Positions 38,588 to 48,756 of a stretch of DNA of 64,000 nucleotides are shown piece by piece. Made by a program: the position numbers and the translations under genes. The stretch's first letter is position 1, and every line of letters begins with the position of its first letter. The stretch comes from an uncultured Clostridium sp. (GTDB lineage: Bacteria; Bacillota; Clostridia; TANB77; CAG-508): positions 596-64,595 of the forward strand of contig CAMYZH010000003.1 of NCBI GenBank assembly GCA_947303785.1, read 5' to 3'. The notes beneath the pieces were generated by a model, which was not told the DNA's origin, searched no databases, and saw nothing but the letters and a program-made list of their open reading frames with translations.

Positions 38588-38744
38588 TGTATCCTATCTC
38601 CTTCTTTTGTATAATTTATTTTATAATCATACTATATCATTATTTTTATATTTTGACAATGATTTTCTAAAGTTCTTTAACTTTAACAAATCCTATATTT
38701 AGCATACACAGATTATATGAAAAAGCCAAATAAAACTTGCTAAT

Positions 38745-39203
38745 TCATCTTATTTTTAAAATATTTTTAATTGATTTCCAAATTTTTTTATACCACTTTA
38801 TATTAGAAACATCTACCAACGATGTCTCTTGATTTTTTTCTTCAGAACTACGATTATTTGTTCTATATTTATTATCAAAGATAATATTGGGATTATACTT
38901 TTCTTTTTTATATTCTTCAAGTAATTGCATATCATATTTTTCTTTGCTTAATATTTTTTCTCTTTGCTCACTTGTAGCCCAATAATCTCTAAATAAAATA
39001 GCTATAATAGTTTGTGCAATATCAGATACATTTTGTTCTTTCAAAGTAATATCTGGATTATATTCAAAGTCGTAATCATAATTAGCATACTTTGAAAACA
39101 TTTTAATTTTTTTTGCAGGAATTTTATCAAAATCTTCTTTTGAAACATATTTCAATATATCTAATACCTCTTTATATGCATTCGCATATTCAACTTTTAC
39201 CAT
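38745..39203 (-). CDS. Conserved small cassette-partner protein A (~150 aa; SUKH/SMI1-like 'KIPxxI(F/L)xxF(L/S)' motif and C-terminal 'EKYNPxxIF' motif)
   Basis: Paralogous to ORFs 40637 and 43968, and in part to 32076. Lies 19 nt downstream of the large gene. Confidence 0.5.
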   Translation of the reverse strand: MVKVEYANAYKEVLDILKYVSKEDFDKIPAKKIKMFSKYANYDYDFEYNPDITLKEQNVSDIAQTIIAILFRDYWATSEQREKILSKEKYDMQLLEEYKKEKYNPNIIFDNKYRTNNRSSEEKNQETSLVDVSNIKWYKKIWKSIKNILKIR

Positions 39204-39222
39204 CTAAATTATGTCCTTTCTC

Positions 39223-40500
39223 TTACTTTATAGGTATTTCATTAGTATTTTCTAAGCTATGTTCATCTTTTGAAATTTGACGTTCAACATCGTTTTTGGC
39301 TTTAGAATCTTTTATCTTATCAAAAGTTTCTTCTGCTAGTGCTCTGACTGTTTTTTTATATCTATGACTTTCATAATATTGTTCTAATCCTTCAATAAAT
39401 TCAGCAAGTCCTGGATATTTTTCAATATGTGTCAAATCCATAACTTGTCGTTCAGGAATAGTTCTTCTTTTACCATCAATTTCAATAGACTCTTCAGGTC
39501 TTGCAACTAAAAGACCTCTTGATTCATATTGTTTTACTAATTGTACATATTCTTGAAATTTAAATAACAAATTACAATCATGACATCTTGGACTATCCAG
39601 ATAAATCACATCATTTGGATTAACTTGGCTTAACATTGAGCTCAAAAAATCTAAACCATTTGATTGATGTTTTCCATCGTGTGAAAACAATCTAAGCATA
39701 TCTGCAGTTATTCTAACTCCACGAGGTCTGCCATCACTATCAATAATTCTAGTATGAGTATTATGAGGTGCTTTCATTTGATTAATCCACAGCAGGCGTT
39801 CATCATTATAATCAATCTCTTCCATAATTGGATTATCTTCTTCATTTAGTAAAGTTCCTCTTAGTCTATCAATAATTGGTAATGTTTTTTCTCTAACTAC
39901 TAATGTCAATCTATTTCTTTCATCAACTAATCTAAGGATTTCCTCTTTATTTCCATATGCATCTTGGCGAACTAAATCTGTAATTTTATCATTCAATTCT
40001 TCAAATTTTTCAACTATGTTTATTCCAGATTCATTTAGGTCACTAATTGAGGAATTTACCATTTCTAAATCTTCATCACTTATGCTGTGTTCATATTGTG
40101 TTTTAGTCGCATTAAAAATAAAATATACATTATCTTCCATATATTGTCTTATCATTTCAAAACCTTCTATTCTTGATAAAGAATCTTTTGAACCTTTATC
40201 TTTAGCAGAATCTGGCACAAATGGTTTGTGAGAAATCCCATTAAAATCTCCTATTCGTTGCTGAAATGATGCTGTTATTAATCTATTATAAAGTTGTAAT
40301 ACCCCTTCTAATCCATATGAAATGTAAGTTTTTTCTATAGCTGATTGTCCTAATCCACCAGAAGCATTATCGCCTATTAGTGGTCGTAATCCTTCACTCA
40401 ATATACTTTTTATATTACTTTGAGAAGTAAAATGAAATGCAACATTTTCTCTTATATTTCTATAATCTTCCAATAAAGCTAATTTATTATCTATTTCCAT
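39223..40500 (-). CDS. Cassette large protein 2 (425 aa, cytoplasmic, no recognised domain)
   Basis: ORF with no signal peptide. It is unrelated to the other large cassette proteins. Confidence 0.4.
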   Translation of the reverse strand: MEIDNKLALLEDYRNIRENVAFHFTSQSNIKSILSEGLRPLIGDNASGGLGQSAIEKTYISYGLEGVLQLYNRLITASFQQRIGDFNGISHKPFVPDSAKDKGSKDSLSRIEGFEMIRQYMEDNVYFIFNATKTQYEHSISDEDLEMVNSSISDLNESGINIVEKFEELNDKITDLVRQDAYGNKEEILRLVDERNRLTLVVREKTLPIIDRLRGTLLNEEDNPIMEEIDYNDERLLWINQMKAPHNTHTRIIDSDGRPRGVRITADMLRLFSHDGKHQSNGLDFLSSMLSQVNPNDVIYLDSPRCHDCNLLFKFQEYVQLVKQYESRGLLVARPEESIEIDGKRRTIPERQVMDLTHIEKYPGLAEFIEGLEQYYESHRYKKTVRALAEETFDKIKDSKAKNDVERQISKDEHSLENTNEIPIK

Positions 40501-40636
40501 TAATTACTCCTAATTGATACATAATTATTTTTTATTTTATCATTACCCAAAAAAATAACAATAGATTTTAAGTTACTAGATAATGGTTTGTTATAGTTCA
40601 GGTAATCATAAATAAATACTATAATCTAATATACAT

Positions 40637-41104
40637 TTAGTTGATTTTCCTTATAAAATCACTAAAGAATCTCTTTATTTTATCAATAAAAGTCTCTTTT
40701 TCATATTTTATCATAGCAGTATTTTCAGTTTGTGCTTGTTCTTCTATCGACCATTTTGGTTTATTTTTAAACAAATTATCAGGATTGTATTTCTCTCTTC
40801 TTTGTTTTTCTATTTCACTTATACAATACTTATCATATTTTTGCCATAACTCATTTTCACCTTCTGAAGCTAGAAATCTCACATACATTTGAACTATAAG
40901 AGCTTTTGTTTCTGTCATTAAATCTTGTTCTAATAATTCCTTATCTTTATCTAATTCAAATTCATAATCATTGTCCATTTCTTTTTGCACATTATCAATA
41001 AATATGCTCGGTATTTTATTCAGTTCATCTTCTGACATGATTTTAAATATTTCATTCAATTCTGTATATGCTCTTTTGTACGCATTTTTCTTAGCTTCTG
41101 TCAC
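40637..41104 (-). CDS. Conserved small cassette-partner protein B
   Basis: Carries the NKIPSIFIDNV and EKYNPDNLFKN segments. Overlaps the upstream large gene by 14 nt. Confidence 0.5.
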   Translation of the reverse strand: MTEAKKNAYKRAYTELNEIFKIMSEDELNKIPSIFIDNVQKEMDNDYEFELDKDKELLEQDLMTETKALIVQMYVRFLASEGENELWQKYDKYCISEIEKQRREKYNPDNLFKNKPKWSIEEQAQTENTAMIKYEKETFIDKIKRFFSDFIRKIN

Positions 41105-43250
41105 TTCGTTTTTCCTCCCTTTGTGTACTCCTAGTTTGCATTAATGAATCTATTGTTTTTTTTGCGTTTTCATGCTCGCAAACAACACCTATATCTTTTG
41201 CTATTTGTTTAACAACATCGCTTGTTACCCTGTGTTTTTGTTCCGCTTGTTGACATGCAAAATCATAGTCTTTTACATAGTCAAGTATATACATGTTACT
41301 CTCATTTTTAGCTCCAAACATATCTTTATATTTTTGGACAAGTATGTCTCTTTTTTGTTTTGTTATTTCTAATGGTTGCCCCTCCTTAGTTTTCTTGATT
41401 TCTTCTTCAAAAGCAATCCTTACAACATTTTCTAGATTTGTTCCCGCCATGAGATTACTTTCATTTCCCAATAATACAGTAATACCATCTAAAATTTCAA
41501 ATGAAAAATTCTTTATTTCTTCTTCTGTTAAAGTATTAATTAGTTCATTTTTATATTCTAAAATCTCAAAAATTGCACTAGGGCGCTCTCCTGGTGTTAT
41601 TTGCAACTCAAGTAGTTTCAAGAATTTCTTTAAGTCTTCCTTTGGAACTTCATAAAACTTTCTTCCATCAAAGTATTTGTCTGATATATAACTTGCATAG
41701 TAAGATTTTCCCTCCAACAAAACACCAACTACATCCGCTTCATCTTTCACTTTATTCTGTATTTGGTACAATGGTAAAATGTGATTTCTTCTATAATAAA
41801 TTGATTCTTCATCAATGTTAGAAAAGTCTAATTCTGGTGAGTAATACAATTCCTTTCTATTAGTTTCAATTTCTACCATACCAAAATGTGTTCTATATTT
41901 TTTTTCTGCAATTTCTTTTCCAAAAACCATTTCTGCAAATTTTGATTTACTGCCTAATATATATTCTCCTATTGCTTCTTTGTCCTTACCTGAAGGCTCT
42001 AATCCAGCCAGCATTGTCCTTGCCCATGCATTTTCGAAATCATATCCACTATATGTAATATATGGCTTATCAACTCTAATTTCTTCTCCATCTAACATAA
42101 TATTTTTATGCTTTTCAAGGTAATGATTAATTACAGAATCTGCAAAAGTATCTGCCATTCCTTCTTCTATGAAATGTGATGGTCTATTTTGGGTGTAAGC
42201 AAAATCAAACATTGATAGCAAATGTGAATATTCATGAATTAGAAATCCTAAATTTCTATTAGTATTATTTTTGTGTTTATTTGATATTTTAATATTTCTA
42301 AACACATGATATGCTCTGCCATTTACATTTGGTTCTAAATTTGCAAAAACTATATCACTTCTTTTAAATATTATTTCTAATCGTTCTTTTTTATCATCTG
42401 TAAAACCATTTCCTAAAGTATCTTCTAAAAATTCTCTAATCATTGTTTGAGCTAAATTATCTAAGCTTGCAATTTGGGGATCAACATATCTACTAAAACT
42501 GTTAATAACAATGTCTCTGTTTTTCTTTTCAGAAATTTCAGTTAAAAGGGATTGTTTAATATCTTTATCCTCAATTTCTGCAATGTATTCTGCTCTACTT
42601 TTATCATCAAGTGTTTTTATATGATTTAAATGAGAATTATATTCCTCCATTTCATCAAGCAATTCTTGTTCATCAAAGTCGAATTCTGAATGTGATTTTA
42701 CAATTTGAGTTCTATAATATTGATCAGTAACATATGGTAAAAACATGTCACTTCCACCTTGCACCAATATTTTAGCTCTATTAAAATCAGATGAAATTGA
42801 TTCCATAACTTCTTCTAATAGCTGAATAGAATTACACTTTGATAAATATTGAATTATAATATCACTTGATTTTCCATTTTCATTTATATACTGAAAAACT
42901 TTTTCTTTATTTATTAATGAAATCAATTGTCCCTGATAATATGGTCTTGCCGCTTCTATTTTATCTAGTAATATTCGGACATCTGGTAAAGCATCAAATA
43001 ATTTCTTATCCAATACCTCCATCTCTATAAAAACGTCTAAATTTTTCGAGATTTCCTCTTCTGACATCTTTGCATAATTTTCTCGTATTTTATTATAAAA
43101 AACTCTTTCTTCATCGTTTTCTGCATTTAAACATTCTTCAGCAATTGCTATATCATCTTTAGATATATATTCATAAACCTGCTCAATATTTTCAACATTG
43201 TAAAAACTTATCAATTCTTCATCTGTAATTTTTCCGGGTAAAAGCAACAT
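41091..43250 (-). CDS. Cassette large protein 3: 719 aa with a HExxH zincin-like metallopeptidase motif (IHEYSHLL...EEGMAD)
   Basis: HEYSH motif followed by a downstream Glu. No signal peptide. Confidence 0.45.
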   Translation of the reverse strand: MLLLPGKITDEELISFYNVENIEQVYEYISKDDIAIAEECLNAENDEERVFYNKIRENYAKMSEEEISKNLDVFIEMEVLDKKLFDALPDVRILLDKIEAARPYYQGQLISLINKEKVFQYINENGKSSDIIIQYLSKCNSIQLLEEVMESISSDFNRAKILVQGGSDMFLPYVTDQYYRTQIVKSHSEFDFDEQELLDEMEEYNSHLNHIKTLDDKSRAEYIAEIEDKDIKQSLLTEISEKKNRDIVINSFSRYVDPQIASLDNLAQTMIREFLEDTLGNGFTDDKKERLEIIFKRSDIVFANLEPNVNGRAYHVFRNIKISNKHKNNTNRNLGFLIHEYSHLLSMFDFAYTQNRPSHFIEEGMADTFADSVINHYLEKHKNIMLDGEEIRVDKPYITYSGYDFENAWARTMLAGLEPSGKDKEAIGEYILGSKSKFAEMVFGKEIAEKKYRTHFGMVEIETNRKELYYSPELDFSNIDEESIYYRRNHILPLYQIQNKVKDEADVVGVLLEGKSYYASYISDKYFDGRKFYEVPKEDLKKFLKLLELQITPGERPSAIFEILEYKNELINTLTEEEIKNFSFEILDGITVLLGNESNLMAGTNLENVVRIAFEEEIKKTKEGQPLEITKQKRDILVQKYKDMFGAKNESNMYILDYVKDYDFACQQAEQKHRVTSDVVKQIAKDIGVVCEHENAKKTIDSLMQTRSTQREEKRSDRS

Positions 43251-43316
43251 ATCTATATTGGCTTAGTAATTCCTTTATATTCCTATATGATTTATACTCC
43301 AATTGTTTAATCCTCC

Positions 43317-43676
43317 TCAATCAATACTACAACTAGAATTTTTTTCTACCGTGGTTTGAAATTTAATTCCATATTCTTGTTCTAATATTTTCTTTTTTCG
43401 ATTTTCAAAAATATTAATATATCCAAGCATGTCTGGATCTACCTTTCCCTCTAATTCCTTTTTTACCCTTTTTTCAACTTCTTTTATAATTTCGTTTTCT
43501 GTCATTTCATTTGTACCCCTTTTATCTTTAATTTTAATTAATACATTTCCTTCATTTTCATACTCCAAATTTTTACTATTGGAAACCATATTTTTAATAT
43601 TATCAAATAGGCTATCAATAGTATAATTATCATCTATTAGAGATCCCCTTTCGAATTCTTTTACAAGTAATTTCAT
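43317..43676 (-). CDS. Hypothetical 119-aa protein
   Basis: ORF only. Confidence 0.3.
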   Translation of the reverse strand: MKLLVKEFERGSLIDDNYTIDSLFDNIKNMVSNSKNLEYENEGNVLIKIKDKRGTNEMTENEIIKEVEKRVKKELEGKVDPDMLGYINIFENRKKKILEQEYGIKFQTTVEKNSSCSID

Positions 43677-43967
43677 TATATCATAAATTTTTATTTTGGT
43701 TACAATTTTATAAAATACTTTATGATATATATAATTCCACTTGTGTGTAATAAACTGGACATTGTATAATAGTTAACACTTTCAGTTTTAATTTTTTACT
43801 GAATATATTATTTACAATAAAAAAAATCAACCATCTCTGATTGATTTCATATCATCTGTTCTATAAAAAAGTTCGAACAAATACGTCATTGGTGTGATTC
43901 GTAGACAGGTATGCAAAAAATCGCACCATTTATTTATCATTTTATAAAATTCAATTTTTTATTTTAT

Positions 43968-44426
43968 TTAATTTTTATGAAAAAGATTTTTTATTAAATT
44001 TAATATTTTTTGATACCATTTTTCTTCTTGCACAAGAGTCATTCTTATTTCTTCAAATGTTTGTGTTTTTTCTGGTATAATTCTATTTCTATTTTTGAAT
44101 ATATCATCTGGATTATATAAATTTCTTTTATCTTCTTCTTTTTGTATAGTTATTTTTTTTGCTTTTCGTAGATATTCGCTTTTTTCACTTTCATTACAAA
44201 TATAATCTTGATAAACTAATGCAATTAATCCTCTTGTTTGAGATTTTAAATTTTGTTCATTTAATTTTTTAGTTTTATCATACTCAAATTTATATGTTTG
44301 TGATTGAATATTTTTTAAAAAGTCCAAAAATATTTGTGGAATTTTGTTCTTTAATTCCTCTGATGTATATTCTAATATACAATTAAATTCTACGGCTGCC
44401 TCACTCAATTCTTTTGTTACCATATC
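43968..44426 (-). CDS. Conserved small cassette-partner protein C (start revised to the MVTKE Met, 2 nt after the upstream stop)
   Basis: gaaTGAtATGgta junction. Carries the NKIPQIFLDFLKN and NLYNPDDIFKN segments. Confidence 0.5.
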   Translation of the reverse strand, partial: DMVTKELSEAAVEFNCILEYTSEELKNKIPQIFLDFLKNIQSQTYKFEYDKTKKLNEQNLKSQTRGLIALVYQDYICNESEKSEYLRKAKKITIQKEEDKRNLYNPDDIFKNRNRIIPEKTQTFEEIRMTLVQEEKWYQKILNLIKNLFHKN

Positions 44427-45348
44427 ATTCTCCTTGTTCAATATGACTTTGTTCTGGTTGTTCTTTTTCTTCAATCGCCATTCTTAAATCACGAAAAGTT
44501 CGTTCCTTTTCTTCTATACTATCCTCTGCCACCTTTTCAAAATCTTCTCGCTGTATTTGACCTTCTGGCTCTATATTTTCTTTAGCTTTTACTAAAGTAC
44601 TTCTTTGTTCTTCACTTAAAGATATTTCTCCAGATTTTACTGCATCTTCAATATCTCTTATTATATCCATAGAAGCAGGTTCTATTGTAATTTCACCATA
44701 AGCACCCATTCCATAAACAAATCCATCACTACTTATTGTCTTTCCTTTATATTCGATTTCTCCATTATCAGTTAAAAGAAAATCTTCTACACTTTCTCCT
44801 GTAAATTTCCCATTAGCAAGCATATCTGCAATATCATCTATTTCACTATGTCTAGGCTTACTCATATCAATTTTAATTTCTGGAATTCTATCTTTATTAT
44901 TCTTAAAATATTCAGATTTTCTTTCAATTGTATCTGCTTTTTCTTTTTCTCCACGTTGTTGCAATATTTTAATAGTTTCCTCTGCATTACCTATTATTTC
45001 AGAATGTTCTAATCCATCAATAATACTATCAAAATTCTCTAATGGTTGTGGTTCAGAGCTTGTTATTACACCATTTGAATCAAATATAACATCTATTTGC
45101 TGATAGGTTTCATTCTTTCGTATATATACCGTTTCTTCAAATGGTTTGTCACTATTATCTAATAATTCTCTTATACATGTTCTGGTATCTCCACTATGAA
45201 GTGGTTCAAATGGAAGTCCTCCTAATCCAGAAACATATACAATAGTACTATCGCTTAAATCCATTCCTTTAGTTATAAATTCTTGATATTTTAAATAATC
45301 ATCTTCATAAAGCATCTCAATATCATTCATTACTTCTCCATCTATCAT
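44425..45348 (-). CDS. Cassette large protein 4 (307 aa, acidic, no recognised domain)
   Basis: ORF with RBS aaaggagag. No signal peptide. Confidence 0.4.
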   Translation of the reverse strand: MIDGEVMNDIEMLYEDDYLKYQEFITKGMDLSDSTIVYVSGLGGLPFEPLHSGDTRTCIRELLDNSDKPFEETVYIRKNETYQQIDVIFDSNGVITSSEPQPLENFDSIIDGLEHSEIIGNAEETIKILQQRGEKEKADTIERKSEYFKNNKDRIPEIKIDMSKPRHSEIDDIADMLANGKFTGESVEDFLLTDNGEIEYKGKTISSDGFVYGMGAYGEITIEPASMDIIRDIEDAVKSGEISLSEEQRSTLVKAKENIEPEGQIQREDFEKVAEDSIEEKERTFRDLRMAIEEKEQPEQSHIEQGE

Positions 45349-45670
45349 AATTATACTCTCCTTTATTTATTCTAATCTTTCTGGATTTGATTTTTCGATA
45401 TATCTCAAATTCTGTTCTTGGCATATTCTAATTAAAGCTTTAGCTCTATCAGTTTGTTCTTTTGTCGTTTTTGCCTTTTCATATACATCTCATTGTATTA
45501 TAATTATAATCTTTTATATATTTTTTTCAATCCTTTTTATTATTTACACCAATAAGTAAAAAAAAAATAAGCCAATATAAATTGACTTTTTAAAATGATA
45601 TGATATTCATTTTTTAAATTACTCAACCTCGCCTATAGCACTTTTTTACAAATTTGAGCAAAATCACCAT

Positions 45671-45753
45671 TGGTGCGGGTGAGAGGACTTGAACCCCCAC
45701 GGTCTCCCACTAGATCCTAAGTCTAGCGCGTCTGCCAGTTCCGCCACACCCGC
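45671..45753 (-). tRNA. tRNA-Leu (anticodon UAG) with an encoded CCA end
   Basis: The reverse complement folds as a cloverleaf: GCGGGTG acceptor, CTAGA-cTTAGga-TCTAG anticodon arm, long variable arm, GTTCAAGT T-loop and ...CACCA 3' end. Confidence 0.8.
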
Positions 45754-45834
45754 ATATCCAACTGACAAGAATTATATTAACACATAAAGTAACCTCTTGT
45801 CAATTAGTTTTTTAAATTTTATTTTCACATTTTT

Positions 45835-46827
45835 TTATTCACACATTATGTCATAATAAGTACAAAACTCGTATCCCTCTGCTTGATACTTTTCAATAAG
45901 CTGTGGTAAGAATTCTACTGTAACCTGCTTATCTCCTGCATCGTGCATTAAAATAACTAAATTATCATCACCTTCTGCTGTTTCATTTAGTTCATTCCAC
46001 ATTGCCTCAATTGTAGTACTTCCGGCAGAATCACCAGTTAAGCAATTCCAGTTTGTGTATGTTATTTCATTTTCTTTTAATAAATTAATTGCTTCTTGTT
46101 TTACTGATTCATATTTTCCTCCAGAAGAACCTCCTGGAAATCTAAACAAATGTGGATTATAGTTTGGAACTCCGATTGCATTTCTAATTACAGCTAAAGT
46201 TTGATTATATTCATCTAATGTAGCTTGAGGTGAAGCATAAATTTGACTATAAACATGTGAATATCCATGACTTGCAATAAAATGTCCTTCATCATATGCC
46301 CTTTTTAATGTATCTGGATATCTTTCAACATTTGATCCTAAAACAAAAAAAGTGGCTTTTACATCATATTTTTTTAATATATCTAATACTTCTGGTGTTA
46401 CAATTGAAGGTCCATCATCAAAAGTTAAATAAACTTTCTTTGTTTCCTCAAAATATACGTCTACTACCTTTTTAGCAATTTCAGGACTATACTTTGGCAT
46501 CTGTGATTCCATTGCAATATTAAAATCATGTGTTGGAAATCTTAATGCTTGTCTGGTTTCTGAGCTTTGAGTTGGTGTTGGAGTTAATTCTGGAGTTGTA
46601 GTAGGAGTTTGAGTTGGTTGAAGTTGTTGCTCTTTTTCTCCTATTCCAACTGTACTTGGCATGCCTGTTTTTTCTGTTTTTGAGTTATCTTGTTTGAACA
46701 TTTTAAACGCTGTATACCCTGTAAAAACTATAATTCCAATTGTAATGATTGCAATAATGATACAAAAAATTATTATTTTATTATCTTTTTTAGTTCCTTC
46801 TTCAAAATATAATGGTTGTTTATACAT
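45835..46827 (-). CDS. Polysaccharide (peptidoglycan GlcNAc) deacetylase, NodB-family, membrane-anchored
   Basis: TM helix, Thr/Pro linker, and the TFDDGP and HGYSH motifs. Confidence 0.85.
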   Translation of the reverse strand: MYKQPLYFEEGTKKDNKIIIFCIIIAIITIGIIVFTGYTAFKMFKQDNSKTEKTGMPSTVGIGEKEQQLQPTQTPTTTPELTPTPTQSSETRQALRFPTHDFNIAMESQMPKYSPEIAKKVVDVYFEETKKVYLTFDDGPSIVTPEVLDILKKYDVKATFFVLGSNVERYPDTLKRAYDEGHFIASHGYSHVYSQIYASPQATLDEYNQTLAVIRNAIGVPNYNPHLFRFPGGSSGGKYESVKQEAINLLKENEITYTNWNCLTGDSAGSTTIEAMWNELNETAEGDDNLVILMHDAGDKQVTVEFLPQLIEKYQAEGYEFCTYYDIMCE

Positions 46828-47028
46828 ATTTCCTTTTCCTTAAACTTCTTGTCCTATTTTTCTCATTAATTCTATCACATTATATCCTTTTTTACAATTA
46901 AATTTTTTACCAAAAAATATTTATTTTTTAAGGATTTTAGAATATAATATCAATATCTAGAAAGATTATGAATATAATTTTTCTTTGAAGAAAATATCAT
47001 TCAAAATTCTAGGAAGGAATGATTATAT

Positions 47029-47916
47029 ATGAAAAAAATATTATTTAAAGGCTGTGGAACAGCTATTGTTACACCATTTAATGAAAATGGTGTTGATTTA
47101 CAAGAATTTGAAAAATTGATTGAATTTCAAATTCAAGAAGGTGTTGATGCTATTATTGTTTGTGGAACTACAGGTGAAAGCTCTTGTATGACTGTAGATG
47201 AAAGAAAAGAAACTATCTTATGTGCATTAAAAGTTGCAAATCACAGAGTTCCAATCATTGCAGGAACTGGCGGAAACTGTACTCAAAATGTTATTGAATT
47301 TACAAAATGGGCTGAATCAGTAGGTGTTGATGGTGCTCTAATAGTTACTCCTTATTATAACAAAACAACTCAAAGCGGTTTAATTGCGCATTATACAGCA
47401 ATTGCAAACTCTACTTCTCTACCTATTATTCTTTATAGTGTACCTAGTAGAACAGGTGTAAACATTACCCCTGAAACATGTTTTGAACTATCAAAAATCT
47501 CAAATATTGTTGCTATAAAAGAAGCAAGTGGAAATCTATCTCAAATTGCTGAAATTAAATCTTTATGTCGTGAAAATTTACATGTCTATTCAGGAAATGA
47601 TGATCAAATCGTTCCTATTCTTTCTCTTGGAGGACTTGGAGTTATTTCAGTTTTATCAAATGTAGCTCCAAAATATACTCATGAAATGGTTCACAATTAT
47701 CTAAATGGCAACATAGTTGAAGCTACTGATATGCAATTAGATTCAATTGGATTGATTAAGGCTTTGTTCTGCGAAGTAAATCCTATTCCTGTAAAAGCTG
47801 CTTTAAATATGTTAGGATATAATGTAGGAATCCCAAGGCTCCCACTAATTGAAATGTCAGAAAAAGGTAAGGAAAGAATGAGATTAGAATTAAAAAATTT
47901 CGGACTATTAAAATAA
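47029..47916 (+). CDS. dapA: 4-hydroxy-tetrahydrodipicolinate synthase
   Basis: GTTGES motif and active-site Lys context (AIKEASG); 295 aa. Confidence 0.9.
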   Translation: MKKILFKGCGTAIVTPFNENGVDLQEFEKLIEFQIQEGVDAIIVCGTTGESSCMTVDERKETILCALKVANHRVPIIAGTGGNCTQNVIEFTKWAESVGVDGALIVTPYYNKTTQSGLIAHYTAIANSTSLPIILYSVPSRTGVNITPETCFELSKISNIVAIKEASGNLSQIAEIKSLCRENLHVYSGNDDQIVPILSLGGLGVISVLSNVAPKYTHEMVHNYLNGNIVEATDMQLDSIGLIKALFCEVNPIPVKAALNMLGYNVGIPRLPLIEMSEKGKERMRLELKNFGLLK

Positions 47917-47919
47917 AAT

Positions 47920-48684
47920 TTGGAGGAAAATATGATAAAAGTATTAATTAATGGTTGTAATGGTAAAATGGGACAAGAATTATCAAAATCAATCGAAAAA
48001 AATGATAATTTTCAAACAATTTGCGGAGTTGATCGACTAGATACAGGAGATAATAAATATCCAGTATATACTGATCTTTCAAAAATCACAGAAGAACCTG
48101 ATGTAATTATAGATTTTTCAATTCCAAAAGCAACATTGGAAATATTAGAATACGCATCTAAAAAGAAAATTCCAGTTGTTATCGCTACTACTGGTTTTAC
48201 TGCTGAAGAATCTGAAAAAATTAAAGATTATTCAAATACAATTCCAATATTCCAATCATCAAACATGTCTTTTGAAATTAGCCTTATGAATCATATTGTA
48301 GCTGAAGTTGCTAAATATTTAAGCAATTCTGATATTGAAATCATTGAAACACATCATAACAGAAAAATTGATGCACCTTCTGGAACAGCTCTAACTTTAG
48401 CAAACACTATTAATGAAGCTTTAGATAATAAATATCATTATGAATATAATAGACACGCAAAACATGAAAAAAGAGATCCAAAAGAAATAGGTATACATTC
48501 AATCAGAGGTGGAAATGTTGTTGGTGAACATACAGTAAAATTCTATTCAGATACTGAATGTTTTGAGATTACACATACATCACAAAGTAGAGGTGTGTTT
48601 GCAGATGGTGCACTTCATGCGGCTGAGTTTTTGGTTGTACAAGATTCAGGATATTATAATATGTCAAATATTTTCAAAAACTAA
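47920..48684 (+). CDS. dapB: 4-hydroxy-tetrahydrodipicolinate reductase
   Basis: N-terminal NAD(P)-binding segment GCNGKMG and the ETHHNRKIDAPSGTA motif. Confidence 0.9.
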   Translation: MEENMIKVLINGCNGKMGQELSKSIEKNDNFQTICGVDRLDTGDNKYPVYTDLSKITEEPDVIIDFSIPKATLEILEYASKKKIPVVIATTGFTAEESEKIKDYSNTIPIFQSSNMSFEISLMNHIVAEVAKYLSNSDIEIIETHHNRKIDAPSGTALTLANTINEALDNKYHYEYNRHAKHEKRDPKEIGIHSIRGGNVVGEHTVKFYSDTECFEITHTSQSRGVFADGALHAAEFLVVQDSGYYNMSNIFKN

Positions 48685-48714
48685 TGTCAAACGGGACGCC
48701 CCTTTTTGACACTC
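48685..48714. repeat. Palindromic repeat unit (locus 2a)
   Basis: ATGTCAAACGGGACGCCCCTTTTTGACACTC, starting directly after the dapB stop codon. Confidence 0.8.
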
Positions 48715-48756
48715 TTTTTAAAACAAATATCTATAAGATTCAAAGAAATAAAAAAA

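Noticed and set aside
45380-45500. Possible integrase or transposase remnant between the cassette array and tRNA-Leu (an open frame on the minus strand ending ...DRAKALIRICQEQNLRYIEKSNPERLE)
   Set aside because: No start codon, only about 40 codons, and no match to the tyrosine-recombinase C-terminal box. It is most likely chance.
46828-47028. Lysine (L-box) riboswitch upstream of dapA
   Set aside because: The 200-bp leader is AT-rich with no conserved L-box helices or GAGGCGC-type core, so there is no support for one.
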